Below, piece by piece: positions 1 to 8,498 of a DNA stretch of 53,421 nt (within the stretch, counting starts at the first letter, position 1; each line of letters starts with the position of its first letter). Origin of the DNA: Candidatus Limnocylindria bacterium (GTDB lineage: Bacteria; Chloroflexota; Limnocylindria; QHBO01); contig JBBQGI010000004.1 in assembly GCA_038322875.1 (NCBI GenBank), positions 1 through 53,421 on the forward strand. The letters run 5' to 3'. The notes under the pieces are model-generated. The model was not told where the DNA came from. It was given only the letters and a program-made list of their open reading frames with translations, and made no database searches. The translations under genes and the position numbers were made by a program.

Positions 1-723
1 CTCGGCAGTGAGGGCGCGAATCGCATCGGTCAGCTGGATCTCTCCCTCCGCGCCGCGCTGTGTCGTCTCCAGCTTGTCGAAGATCTTGGGGCTGAGGATG
101 TACCGCCCGAGCACGGCGAGGTCGGAGGGGGCATCGGCGACGGACGGCTTCTCGACGAGGTCCGCGATCTCGACGAGCCGGCCCTCCTCGCGCAGCGGAG
201 CCACGATCCCGTAGCGGCTCACGTCGTCGCGCGGCACGCGCGTCAGGGCGATCACCGAGCCGCGATGAGCGACGTACTGCTCGATCAACTGCTGCGTCAC
301 TGGCTTGCCGCCAGGGTTGAGCATCACGTCGTCCGAGAGGAGCACGGCGAACGGCTCGTCGCCGACCAGCTCCTTGGCCATCAGCACCGCGTGGCCAAGG
401 CCGAGCTGCTCCTTCTGATGCACAAAGGCGATCGGGCCAATCTCGGAGATGCGCCGCACCGCGCGCAGCATCTCGATGTCGCCCCGCTCCTCGAGCCAGC
501 TCTCCAGCGCCGGATCGGAGTCGAAATGCTCCTCGATGGTGCTCCGGCCGCTGGCGATGACGATGATGATCTGCTCGATCCCCGAGGCGACCGCCTCTTC
601 GACCGCGTACTGGATGATCGGCCGGTCGACCAGCGGGATCATCTCCTTGGGGATGGCCTTGGTCGCGGGCAGGAAGCGGGTGCCGAATCCGGCCGCGGGC
701 AGGACGGCCTTTCTGACGCGCAC
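1..723 (-). CDS. galU: UTP--glucose-1-phosphate uridylyltransferase (3' end runs off the window)
   Basis: Manual translation from GTG at 723 gives VRVRKAVLPAAGFGTRFLPATKAIPKEMIPLVDRPIIQYAVEEA, the GalU N-terminal signature. Absent from the ORF track because there is no stop in the window. Confidence 0.95.
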   Translation of the reverse strand, partial: MRVRKAVLPAAGFGTRFLPATKAIPKEMIPLVDRPIIQYAVEEAVASGIEQIIIVIASGRSTIEEHFDSDPALESWLEERGDIEMLRAVRRISEIGPIAFVHQKEQLGLGHAVLMAKELVGDEPFAVLLSDDVMLNPGGKPVTQQLIEQYVAHRGSVIALTRVPRDDVSRYGIVAPLREEGRLVEIADLVEKPSVADAPSDLAVLGRYILSPKIFDKLETTQRGAEGEIQLTDAIRALTAE

Positions 724-866
724 GGTGATGGGATCTCTCCTGGAGCGGATTGTCGTCGCGCAGCAGCGTGGCGGGTCTCAGGCTGCGCCGATGCGAGGAT
801 GCCTCACGGGCAGAGGAGTATACCAACGGCCACCCTCAAGCTCGGCGACGCTACAATCGCGAACCG

Positions 867-1361
867 ATGCTCAAGTCCCTGGTTCGAACCCTCAAGGGGC
901 CCAGCCGCGATCCGCGGATGGGCTACATCAGCCGCCCCCTGCCGCGCGACCTCCGCGACGAGCAGGTGCTCGCGGCACTGGAGATCGCCTTTGCCGGCGA
1001 CCCGAATCCCGACGCCCTGGTCGAGACGCTGCCTCCCGCCTTGAAGGAGGTCACCGGTCACGTCTACGAGGTGCTCGACCGCTCGGCAGGGGACGTGACC
1101 GGCACGTTCCGGCGCTCGCAGGTGATGATCCGTGACGGCGCGGTCGGCCTGTGGCCGGGCTACCAGGCCCGCGCCTACCCACTCCTGTCGACCTCCCGCA
1201 AGGCCGATGATGCACGGGCGGCGATCCTCGCAGCGGACGGCACGCCGGCAGATGCGCCGAGCCCCACCAATCCGGTCGGCAAGCCCGGGTGGGCTCCGCC
1301 GCCGGCGGTCGGCGACGGCGCCGGCGAGGACGCAGAAGCGCCCATCGACGAGACCGCGTAG
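867..1361 (+). CDS. Hypothetical protein, Pro/Ala-rich C-terminal tail
   Basis: ATG at 867 within ORF 750..1361; TACAAT -10-like box at 852-857; no family recognised. Confidence 0.65.
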   Translation: MLKSLVRTLKGPSRDPRMGYISRPLPRDLRDEQVLAALEIAFAGDPNPDALVETLPPALKEVTGHVYEVLDRSAGDVTGTFRRSQVMIRDGAVGLWPGYQARAYPLLSTSRKADDARAAILAADGTPADAPSPTNPVGKPGWAPPPAVGDGAGEDAEAPIDETA

Positions 1362-1541
1362 GTGGGCCGCCAGAACGTTCCGCGCGACCAGTGGCTGGAG
1401 CTCGGCGCCGAGTGCCCGCACTGCGGCGAGCGCGTCACCGAGGAGATGGTGTACTCCTGGCGCCCCGTCCCGGACGACCCGAAGCTGCTGCTCCTCTACT
1501 GCCCCGACTGCGGTGATCGAGTCGAGATCAATCACGTCTGA
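1362..1541 (+). CDS. Small Cys4 zinc-ribbon protein (59 aa)
   Basis: GTG immediately after the upstream TAG; translates to VGRQNVPRDQWLELGAECPHCGERVTEEMVYSWRPVPDDPKLLLLYCPDCGDRVEINHV with CPHC and CPDC; GC3-rich codons. Confidence 0.75.
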   Translation: MGRQNVPRDQWLELGAECPHCGERVTEEMVYSWRPVPDDPKLLLLYCPDCGDRVEINHV

Positions 1542-1542
1542 G

Positions 1543-1619
1543 TGGTGCCCCCAACCGGATTCGAACCGGTGATCTCCACCTTGAAAGGGTGGCGTCCTAG
1601 GCCTCTAGACGATGGGGGC
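1543..1619 (-). tRNA. tRNA-Glu (anticodon TTC), CCA encoded
   Basis: Reverse complement is GCCCCCATCGTCTAGAGGCCTAGGACGCCACCCTTTCAAGGTGGAGATCACCGGTTCGAATCCGGTTGGGGGCACCA: 7-bp acceptor stem, CCACC/GGTGG anticodon stem with TTC, GGTTCGAATCC T-arm. Confidence 0.97.
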
Positions 1620-1679
1620 GCGTGATCGCCCCATCGTAGCAAGGCATCGACGGGTGCCATCGGTCCAGCCCCGTCGGGA

Positions 1680-1988
1680 CTACAGGTAGAAGAGCACCAC
1701 CAGGATGACCGCCCCCGCCAGGGCGACCGCCGCCATCACGATCATCATCCCGCCGCCGAGCGCGATCCCGACCGACATGCCGGCCGATCGAGTGCGGTAC
1801 GCCCGCTGCGACCAGATCCACCCCTGGACGAACAGAAAGATGCCGATCGCCACCGCGATGAGCGCCGCGACCAGCATGGCTGCGGTCGAGAAGCCGGTGT
1901 CGTTGCCCAGGACCGCCATGACCGTCAGGCCGGCAGCGATCAGCAGGCCGACCAGGCCGATCACCACGTTTCGGAGAAAGGGATGCAT
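1680..1988 (-). CDS. Small membrane protein (about 3 TM helices), unknown function
   Basis: From ATG 1988 (MHPFLRNVVIGLVGLL...) the ORF is three hydrophobic stretches. Confidence 0.7.
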   Translation of the reverse strand: MHPFLRNVVIGLVGLLIAAGLTVMAVLGNDTGFSTAAMLVAALIAVAIGIFLFVQGWIWSQRAYRTRSAGMSVGIALGGGMMIVMAAVALAGAVILVVLFYL

Positions 1989-2049
1989 GGCGCCAAGCCT
2001 GCCTGCACCGATCTCCCTCGTCAAGGCGACCCGCTCGTAGACTGGCGCC

Positions 2050-3780
2050 ATGCCGTCGAGCGCGTTTGCCACCTTCGCCGAGACCGCCGAAGCGGTCGCC
2101 ACCACCACCTCGAAGCTGCGCAAACGCGACCTCCTGGCAGCCTACCTGCGCGATCTCCCGCCGGACGACGTGCCGATCGCCGCCACCTTCTTCGCGGGAC
2201 GGCCGCTCCCTGGAGCCGACAGGCTGGGGCTCGGCTGGGTGCAGCAGAGTCAGGCGCTCTCGGCCGCCACCGGTGCCGACGAGGCAATCCTCCACGCCGC
2301 CTACCTCCGCCACTCCGACTTTGGCGACGCCGCGGCCGAGCTCCTGGGTGGTCGCGGCCCGGCTGGCCACCGCCTCACCCTGGCCGACATGAACGCCGCG
2401 TTCCGCGCGATGAGCGATGCCGACAGCACGTCAGGGCGTGTCGCGGCGATGACGACGCTCTTCACCCGAGCGACCGCCGAGGAAGCTCGGTTCGTGGGAC
2501 GAATCGCCGCACGCGAGCTGCGCATCGGGCTGCGCGAGGGACTCCTCGAGGAGGCGATCGCGGCGGCCTTCGACCGCCCGATCGAGGCAGTCCGGCGGGC
2601 GCTCATGCTCGTCGGCGAGCCGGGCGAGGCTGCCGTGCTGGCGCGCGACAACCGACTCGCCGGGGCTGCCCTGCACCTGGGCCGCCCAATCCGCTTCATG
2701 CTGGCCACGCCGGTGGCCGACGCCGCCGAAGTGATGCGTCGGGTCGGCGACGAGGCATGGATCGAGGACAAGTACGACGGCATCCGTGCCCAGCTGCACC
2801 TGGCCGGCGGCGGAGCCCCGCCACAGCTCTTCTCGCGCGATCTGAATGACATCACGGTCTCCTTTCCCGAGGTGGCGGGTGTTGCCGCCGAGATCGGCCA
2901 TCGGCTGGTGATCGATGGGGAGCTGGTGCCATATCGGTCCGGATCGGTCCTTGACTTCGCCAGCCTGCAGACCCGCCTCGGTCGGGTCGACCCCAGCCCC
3001 GACGTGCTCGAGCAGGTGCCGGTGGTGCTGGTCGCGTTCGACCTACTGCACCTCGACGGACGCGACCTCCTCGAGAGGCCGCTGCGAGAGCGACGGGCAG
3101 CCCTCGAGGCCCTCAGCCTGCCGGAGCGGACCGGCGAACGGTTCCTCTATTCGCACCTGGCCAGCGCCCGCTCCGCGGACGAGGTGGAAGCGCATTTCGA
3201 CGATGCGCGCGAGCGGCGCAACGAAGGGCTGATGGTCAAGGATCCCGGATCGGACTACCAGCCTGGGCGCCGCGGACTCGGCTGGCTGAAATTGAAGAAG
3301 GCGCTCGCCACGCTCGACTGCGTGGTGGTCGGCGTCGAATGGGGCCATGGCAAGCGACGTGGCGTCCTCTCGGACTACACGTTTGCGGTGCGCGGCCCGG
3401 ACGGCGAGTCGCTGCTCACCATCGGCAAGGCCTATACCGGCCTGACCGATGTCGAGATCGCCGCCATGACCGAGCGCTTCAAGAAGATCACCCTGCGCGA
3501 CTTCGGGCGCTACCGCACCGTCGTCCCCGAAGTGGTGGTGGAGATCGCCTTCGATCGCATCATGCGCAGCAAACGCCACAAGAGCGGCTTCGCAATGCGC
3601 TTCCCGCGGATCGTGTGCATCCGCGATGACAAGACCTCAGCCGAGATCGACAGCCTGGGGACGGTGGAGAGGCTCTTCGCCGCCCAGGCGAGCGGTCGCA
3701 TCGTGCTGGCGCGTGGCGCGCGCGGGGAGACCGAGCGAATCGCGGCGACCGGAGAGATCGAGGGCGGAGGCGCCGGCTAA
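2050..3780 (+). CDS. lig: ATP-dependent DNA ligase (DNA-binding, adenylation and OB domains; LigB/archaeal-like)
   Basis: Motif I EDKYDG, motif III IDGEL, IIIa AFDLL, IV EGLMVK, V WLKLK, VI RFPRIVCIRDDK. Confidence 0.95.
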   Translation: MPSSAFATFAETAEAVATTTSKLRKRDLLAAYLRDLPPDDVPIAATFFAGRPLPGADRLGLGWVQQSQALSAATGADEAILHAAYLRHSDFGDAAAELLGGRGPAGHRLTLADMNAAFRAMSDADSTSGRVAAMTTLFTRATAEEARFVGRIAARELRIGLREGLLEEAIAAAFDRPIEAVRRALMLVGEPGEAAVLARDNRLAGAALHLGRPIRFMLATPVADAAEVMRRVGDEAWIEDKYDGIRAQLHLAGGGAPPQLFSRDLNDITVSFPEVAGVAAEIGHRLVIDGELVPYRSGSVLDFASLQTRLGRVDPSPDVLEQVPVVLVAFDLLHLDGRDLLERPLRERRAALEALSLPERTGERFLYSHLASARSADEVEAHFDDARERRNEGLMVKDPGSDYQPGRRGLGWLKLKKALATLDCVVVGVEWGHGKRRGVLSDYTFAVRGPDGESLLTIGKAYTGLTDVEIAAMTERFKKITLRDFGRYRTVVPEVVVEIAFDRIMRSKRHKSGFAMRFPRIVCIRDDKTSAEIDSLGTVERLFAAQASGRIVLARGARGETERIAATGEIEGGGAG

Positions 3781-3783
3781 GCT

Positions 3784-4542
3784 CTAGGCTGCCTTCGGCG
3801 AAGGCATACGTGCGCCGGTCGCTTCCATCTCGGATGCGCTGAGCACCGCCTCGACGAAGGCAGCCGCTCGTCGCGGGTCGAGCCGCTGCACGCGACCGAT
3901 GCTGGCAGCCCACCACGGGGCGTTGTCAGCGGTCACGACCTCGCCGATCGGCTCCTCCAGCACGACCTTGGTATAGGGACGCGGGAACACGATCGCGGGC
4001 GAGATCGCGACGGTCGAGTCGTCAAGGGTGGCACGCACCCAGCGCGCGACCGACTCGGCGACGGAATCGGCTTCGAACGACGGGTTGGTCATGGTCGGGA
4101 TCCAGCCCGAACGCGATCGCGTGTCGAACTCCCAGCCGCGGCCCCGCACCCGATACCGGCCACGCCAGCGCCGAGTGACGATGGCTCGCACGCCGGGAGG
4201 GCCGACCAGCAGCGCGGCCAGGTCCTCGGACACGCCCGGCAGGCGGGGCGCCAGGACGAGGGTGTAGGAATCATCGAAGGCAGACGCCAGGAGCTTGCCG
4301 AGGTCGTCGCCGATCGCCTCGCTGCGGCGCCGCATGCTCGCCACGGATCGCCAGGTCATGGCGCCGCCGACGCCGAGGGCCAGGGCCCCGGACAGGCAGA
4401 GCAGCGCGATCGGAGCGACACGGGTCGGTGGCAGGAGCGCCATCAGCAGCACCGACGTGGCTCCGACCACGAGCATCGCCAGCGCCACGGTCAGGGCGTG
4501 GTCGCGAAATCGTCGCGCGAGGGCAGGATGGATCAGTCGCAT
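3784..4542 (-). CDS. Membrane-anchored NERD-like protein with degenerate nuclease motif
   Basis: Two N-terminal TM helices, then LLVGPPGVRAIVTRRWRG resembling the NERD DxvvvGPxGvxvIExK core, and NPSFEA; GAGG RBS. Confidence 0.55.
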   Translation of the reverse strand: MRLIHPALARRFRDHALTVALAMLVVGATSVLLMALLPPTRVAPIALLCLSGALALGVGGAMTWRSVASMRRRSEAIGDDLGKLLASAFDDSYTLVLAPRLPGVSEDLAALLVGPPGVRAIVTRRWRGRYRVRGRGWEFDTRSRSGWIPTMTNPSFEADSVAESVARWVRATLDDSTVAISPAIVFPRPYTKVVLEEPIGEVVTADNAPWWAASIGRVQRLDPRRAAAFVEAVLSASEMEATGARMPSPKAA

Positions 4543-4571
4543 TGGTCACCTCTGGCTGCTAGGCTCATGGC

Positions 4572-5063
4572 ATGCCCACCACGGCCTCGGTGCTGGCCAC
4601 CGTCATCGAACCGCAGCGGGCGCTGCGAGTCGAGGTCCTCACCGGGACTGGATTCAGACTGACCTTCGACACGGGGGAGGCCGGCGACCTGCGTGCTGGC
4701 CCCGGACCCACCGAATCGGTCCTGGCCGCGCTCGCCGGCTGCACCTCGATGGATGTCGGCAGCATCCTGCGCAAGAAGCGCCAGCCAGCCGCCAGCTATC
4801 GCGTCGCGGTCACCGCCGAGAAGGCGGACGAGCACCCGCAGGTCTACACCAGCATCGTTATCGAGCACCAGGTCGCGGGTCAGGTCGAGCCCGATGCACT
4901 GCGCCGGGCGATCGAGCTGTCGGCCACGACCTACTGCCCCGTCAGCGCCATGCTCTCGCACTCCGTGCGCATCGAGCACCGCTATCGGCTGACTCGCGAA
5001 GGGCACGCCGAAGTCAGTGCGCTCGTGGCGATCACGGGGCCGGACGGTACCGACGTCCGCTGA
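4572..5063 (+). CDS. OsmC/YhfA family protein
   Basis: GPTESVLAALAGCTSMDV and ATTYCPVSAML with the two OsmC-family cysteines. Confidence 0.9.
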   Translation: MPTTASVLATVIEPQRALRVEVLTGTGFRLTFDTGEAGDLRAGPGPTESVLAALAGCTSMDVGSILRKKRQPAASYRVAVTAEKADEHPQVYTSIVIEHQVAGQVEPDALRRAIELSATTYCPVSAMLSHSVRIEHRYRLTREGHAEVSALVAITGPDGTDVR

Positions 5064-5187
5064 GGTCGTCATTCAACCAGTTTCCCGTCGAGATGCGCGT
5101 CCGGCTATGGCGTGATGGTCCTGCCGGCGTCGCGTCCTTTCGTTGAGATCGGCGTGATTGCGCGTCCGGTGTAGGATGGCGCCCTTC

Positions 5188-6111
5188 ATGGCACGCTCGA
5201 TGTGGCGCGGGGCGATCCAATTCGGACTGGTGACGATCCCCGTCAAGCTCTACCTGGCGACCGAGACCGGCGGGATCGGCTTCAACATGCTGCACGCCAG
5301 CTGTGGCACCCGGATCCAGATGAAGATCTACTGCCCGTTCCACGACGCGGTCGTGCCACGCTCGGAGACGGTCCGCGGCTACGAGTGGAGCAAGGGCCGC
5401 TACGTCGTCCTCGATGACACCGACTTCGAGGCCGTTCCGCTCAAGACGGTGCGCGCCATCGAGATCGAGATGGTGGTGGATGCCAAGCGCGAGGGCCAGG
5501 GGGTCGAGTTCGTGAAGCAGGCGTACTACCTCGAGCCGGACCCGATCGGCCACAAGGCGTTCGAGCTGTTGCGCCAGGTCCTTGCCGAGAAGGGCAAGAC
5601 CGCGATCTGCAAGATCGTGCTCAAGGACCGCGAGCAGCTCGCCGCCTTGAACCCGTACTCCAAGACGATGCTGCTGACCACCCTCCACTGGCCCGATGAG
5701 GTGCGCTCGATCGAGGAGCTCAACATCCCCCAAGAGGAGATCGAGGTCAAGCCGGCCGAGCGCAGGATGGCGGAGCAGCTGATCGAGTCGATGACCGGGG
5801 AGTTCAACGCGGACGACTTCCACGACAACTATCGGAAGGCGCTGATGGCCGTCATCGAGGCGAAGGTGGGAGGTGAGGCACCGGTCGCAGCCCAGAAGGT
5901 CGAGCCGACGCGTATCGGCGACCTGATGGCGGCGCTGGAGGCCAGTGTCGCGGCCGCGCGCGACGCGCGACGCGAGGGGGCCGCCAAGCCTGCCGCCGTC
6001 AAGGCGGCGAAGCCGGTTGCTGCCAAGGTCGCCAGGGCCACCAAGCCGGCTCGCGGGCGCGCCGGGAAGGACGACGAGGCACCCGCCGCGCGCCGCCGCA
6101 AGAGCGCCTAG
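5188..6111 (+). CDS. ku: Non-homologous end-joining protein Ku
   Basis: MARSMWRGAIQFGLVTIPVKLY N-terminus, YYLEP, LLTTLHWPDEVR, DLMAALEASV and a basic Ala/Lys/Pro tail. Confidence 0.97.
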   Translation: MARSMWRGAIQFGLVTIPVKLYLATETGGIGFNMLHASCGTRIQMKIYCPFHDAVVPRSETVRGYEWSKGRYVVLDDTDFEAVPLKTVRAIEIEMVVDAKREGQGVEFVKQAYYLEPDPIGHKAFELLRQVLAEKGKTAICKIVLKDREQLAALNPYSKTMLLTTLHWPDEVRSIEELNIPQEEIEVKPAERRMAEQLIESMTGEFNADDFHDNYRKALMAVIEAKVGGEAPVAAQKVEPTRIGDLMAALEASVAAARDARREGAAKPAAVKAAKPVAAKVARATKPARGRAGKDDEAPAARRRKSA

Positions 6112-6120
6112 CCCGCACCC

Positions 6121-6813
6121 GTGCCGGAGCAGCAGCTCCCACTCCCGGTCCACCCGACCAGCGAATCGCCCACTCGACGCCTGCCGTCTCGCGTCCTGCC
6201 CATGCAGGCCACCGATGTCGACGCGCCGTTCGACGATCCGGGCTACCTCTTCGAACCATGGTGGCCGGGCACCCGGGCGATCGCATTCAGCGAGCACGGC
6301 GTGCTCAGCCTGCAGGTCGCCGGCCTGGCCGACGGACTGGCTGCATTCCCGGAGCTGACCTCGATGCCGTCGCAGCTCGCCGAGGACGGGGTCGCCCTCG
6401 ACGGGACCCTCCTCGTGCTCGACGAGGCTGGGCGGCCGGATCCCGAGCTGTTGCGGGCGCGACTCGGGGGGCACGGCCTGCCGGGGCGGCCGGCCTACGT
6501 GGCGAGCGACCTGCTGTGGAGCGGCGGGCAGCCTGTGGTCGGCCGCTCATTCGCCGTGCGTCGGCGCTGGCTCGAGGCGATCCTGACCCCCGGCGACCGC
6601 GTCACTGTCGGCCGCGCGTATGTCGGAGACGGGACCGTGGTGGCCGAGGCGCTGGCCGCGCTCGGCATCGATGGACTGTCGGCCCGGCAGCTCTCGGCAC
6701 GCCATCGCGCCGGACCCGCGGGCGATGCCTGGCTGCGTGCGTCCCTCCTGCCGGCTGAACCGCGGCCCCGGCCGACCCTGGCGCTGATCCTGCGCCTCCC
6801 GCTGGGGGACTGA
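6121..6813 (+). CDS. ATP-dependent ligase adenylation-domain homologue, probably catalytically inactive
   Basis: LigD/LigC-like MQAT..PFDDPGYLFEP start, LDGTL, YVASDLL and DGLSAR, but motif I reads FEPWWPGTRA (no KxDG lysine) and no OB domain follows. Confidence 0.75.
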   Translation: MPEQQLPLPVHPTSESPTRRLPSRVLPMQATDVDAPFDDPGYLFEPWWPGTRAIAFSEHGVLSLQVAGLADGLAAFPELTSMPSQLAEDGVALDGTLLVLDEAGRPDPELLRARLGGHGLPGRPAYVASDLLWSGGQPVVGRSFAVRRRWLEAILTPGDRVTVGRAYVGDGTVVAEALAALGIDGLSARQLSARHRAGPAGDAWLRASLLPAEPRPRPTLALILRLPLGD

Positions 6814-6819
6814 GGGGTC

Positions 6820-7464
6820 TCAGCCGCCGGGCAGCAGCGCCAGCGCGCGCTCGAACTTGCTCGTGGGATCCGCCACGAGGCCTGGCACCGCCGCCAGCGC
6901 CGCCCCCAGGGGCGCCGGGTCGAGTCCGCCCTCAATGGCGCCTTCCTCCAGCTCCAGCTCCACGACCGCCAGGCGGCCAATCTCGACACCTTCGTGCAGG
7001 ATCCGCACGCGATCGAGGGAGAGGGTGCCCGCCGCCCGGCCGGCGAGTGATACCGAACGCTCCGTACGCTGTTGCTCGAGGCTGAACCGCTCGAGCAGCA
7101 CCCCGCCACTTGCCATCCCCTGCAGCAGCGCCCGAGCGGCCGATGGAGGCCATTCCGACGGCACGGGCCTGACGTCGGCGGGTCCCTCGACCTCCCGTCG
7201 GCGGTGGAGCAGGTCGCCCGGTTCATGCTCGGCGGGGCCCTTGAGCGAAACGATCGTCCGTCCCTCCCGGGTGCGCAGGCGGCACGCCCAACGGGCCTCC
7301 GAGAGCCGGAGATCGGCGGTGTCCAGGTAGCGGTCCCGCTCCTCCACGGTGCGTGGCGACCCGAGCATCGCCGGCCCCAGGCTGGCCGTGGCCGTCAAGG
7401 CCTCGAGCGGCCGCTCATCGGCGGCCCAGAATTTCAGCTCAGCTTCGATTCGACCGTCGGTCAC
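6820..7464 (-). CDS. CYTH-domain (triphosphate tunnel metalloenzyme) protein
   Basis: GTG 7464 overlaps the WYL stop (GTGA); ExExK motif IEAELKF, DRYLDTADLRL, RREVEG, VVELEL, SKFERAL. Confidence 0.85.
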   Translation of the reverse strand: MTDGRIEAELKFWAADERPLEALTATASLGPAMLGSPRTVEERDRYLDTADLRLSEARWACRLRTREGRTIVSLKGPAEHEPGDLLHRRREVEGPADVRPVPSEWPPSAARALLQGMASGGVLLERFSLEQQRTERSVSLAGRAAGTLSLDRVRILHEGVEIGRLAVVELELEEGAIEGGLDPAPLGAALAAVPGLVADPTSKFERALALLPGG

Positions 7465-8492
7465 GCCTGGTAGCGGCCCGACGCGCGCGCCACCATCGCG
7501 GCGACCGTCTCCCGCAGCTCGCTGGGAGCCAGCACCTCGACCGCATCCCCCCAGGACAGGATCCACGGGCGGATCTCGACGATGCCAGCCACGGTGACGG
7601 TCAGTTCGATACCGCCGCCGGGCAGCTCGATCAGCTTCTGCGAGCGGTGCCACACGGCCTCGCGCACGCGATGCGCCACCGAGGCGTCGAAGCGCAGCAC
7701 GACCTCGGCGGTCGCGGTCGTATCCGACGACCAGATGCCCCACGAATGGGCCAGCCAGCGGTCAGGGTCGAAATCATCGGGGATCTGGTAGCGGTCGGTC
7801 GTGATCGTCGAGCTCCGAATCCGCTCGACCTTGTACGTGCGCATGGCGTTGACCGTCTCGTCGAAACCGATCAGGTAGACGCTGCGCCCGGCGGCATCGG
7901 GCTCCAGGAAGTAGGGCTGCACGCGGGCGCGCCGGCGGTCACCCTCGCCTGGCTCGTAGTCGAACTCGACCACCCGCCCATCGGCCCAGGCCTGCGCGAC
8001 GTGCGCGAAGTTGCGGACGAACTCGTCGTTCGGCTTCGCTTCCCCCACGGTCAGCATCGTCGCGGTCACGTGGCGGGCGATCGGCTGCGGAAGCAAATGC
8101 GCCAGCTTCGTGAATGCGCTGACGACCGCCTGGTCGTACGCATCCGACCACCGCGCGATCAGCCGCGAGGCGAGGAACAGGACCACCGCTTCGGGCAGCG
8201 AGAGGTGGAGCGGCGGGAGGAAGTACTTCTTCTCGATCCCGTACCGTCCTTTGCCGGCCTGGAAGATCGGCATGGCGAGCTCGTCCTCCAGTGCGCGGAT
8301 GTCGCGGTAGACGGTCCGCGTTGTCATGCCGGTCAGGCTTGCAATCTCGGCGACGGGGACCCCGGCGTCGCCGCCGCCCCGGTCGTAGAGGATCGCCGCG
8401 ACGGAGAGGAGGCGGGCGAGGCGATCGCGCTTGCGAGAGAGCCGGTCGTCCGGCCCATCGTCGCCCCAGCCGCCCCAGTCATTCATGGTCAC
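7461..8492 (-). CDS. WYL-domain transcriptional regulator (HTH-WYL-WCX, PafB/PafC/DriD-like)
   Basis: HTH EIASLTGMTTRTVYRDIRAL; WYL region RVQPYFLE..VYLIGFD..RTYKVERI; WCX region EIRPWILSWGDAVEVLAPSELR. Confidence 0.92.
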   Translation of the reverse strand: MTMNDWGGWGDDGPDDRLSRKRDRLARLLSVAAILYDRGGGDAGVPVAEIASLTGMTTRTVYRDIRALEDELAMPIFQAGKGRYGIEKKYFLPPLHLSLPEAVVLFLASRLIARWSDAYDQAVVSAFTKLAHLLPQPIARHVTATMLTVGEAKPNDEFVRNFAHVAQAWADGRVVEFDYEPGEGDRRRARVQPYFLEPDAAGRSVYLIGFDETVNAMRTYKVERIRSSTITTDRYQIPDDFDPDRWLAHSWGIWSSDTTATAEVVLRFDASVAHRVREAVWHRSQKLIELPGGGIELTVTVAGIVEIRPWILSWGDAVEVLAPSELRETVAAMVARASGRYQA

Positions 8493-8498
8493 GGCTGC

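Noticed and set aside
1543-1619. tRNA-Glu as an integration site
   Set aside because: No integrase, no duplicated tRNA 3' end and no obvious compositional break were seen.
5990-6100. Low-complexity repeats in the Ku tail (and the Pro/Thr repeats at 9040-9125)
   Set aside because: These are protein-level linker or basic-tail repeats, normal for these families, not DNA repeat arrays or CRISPR.
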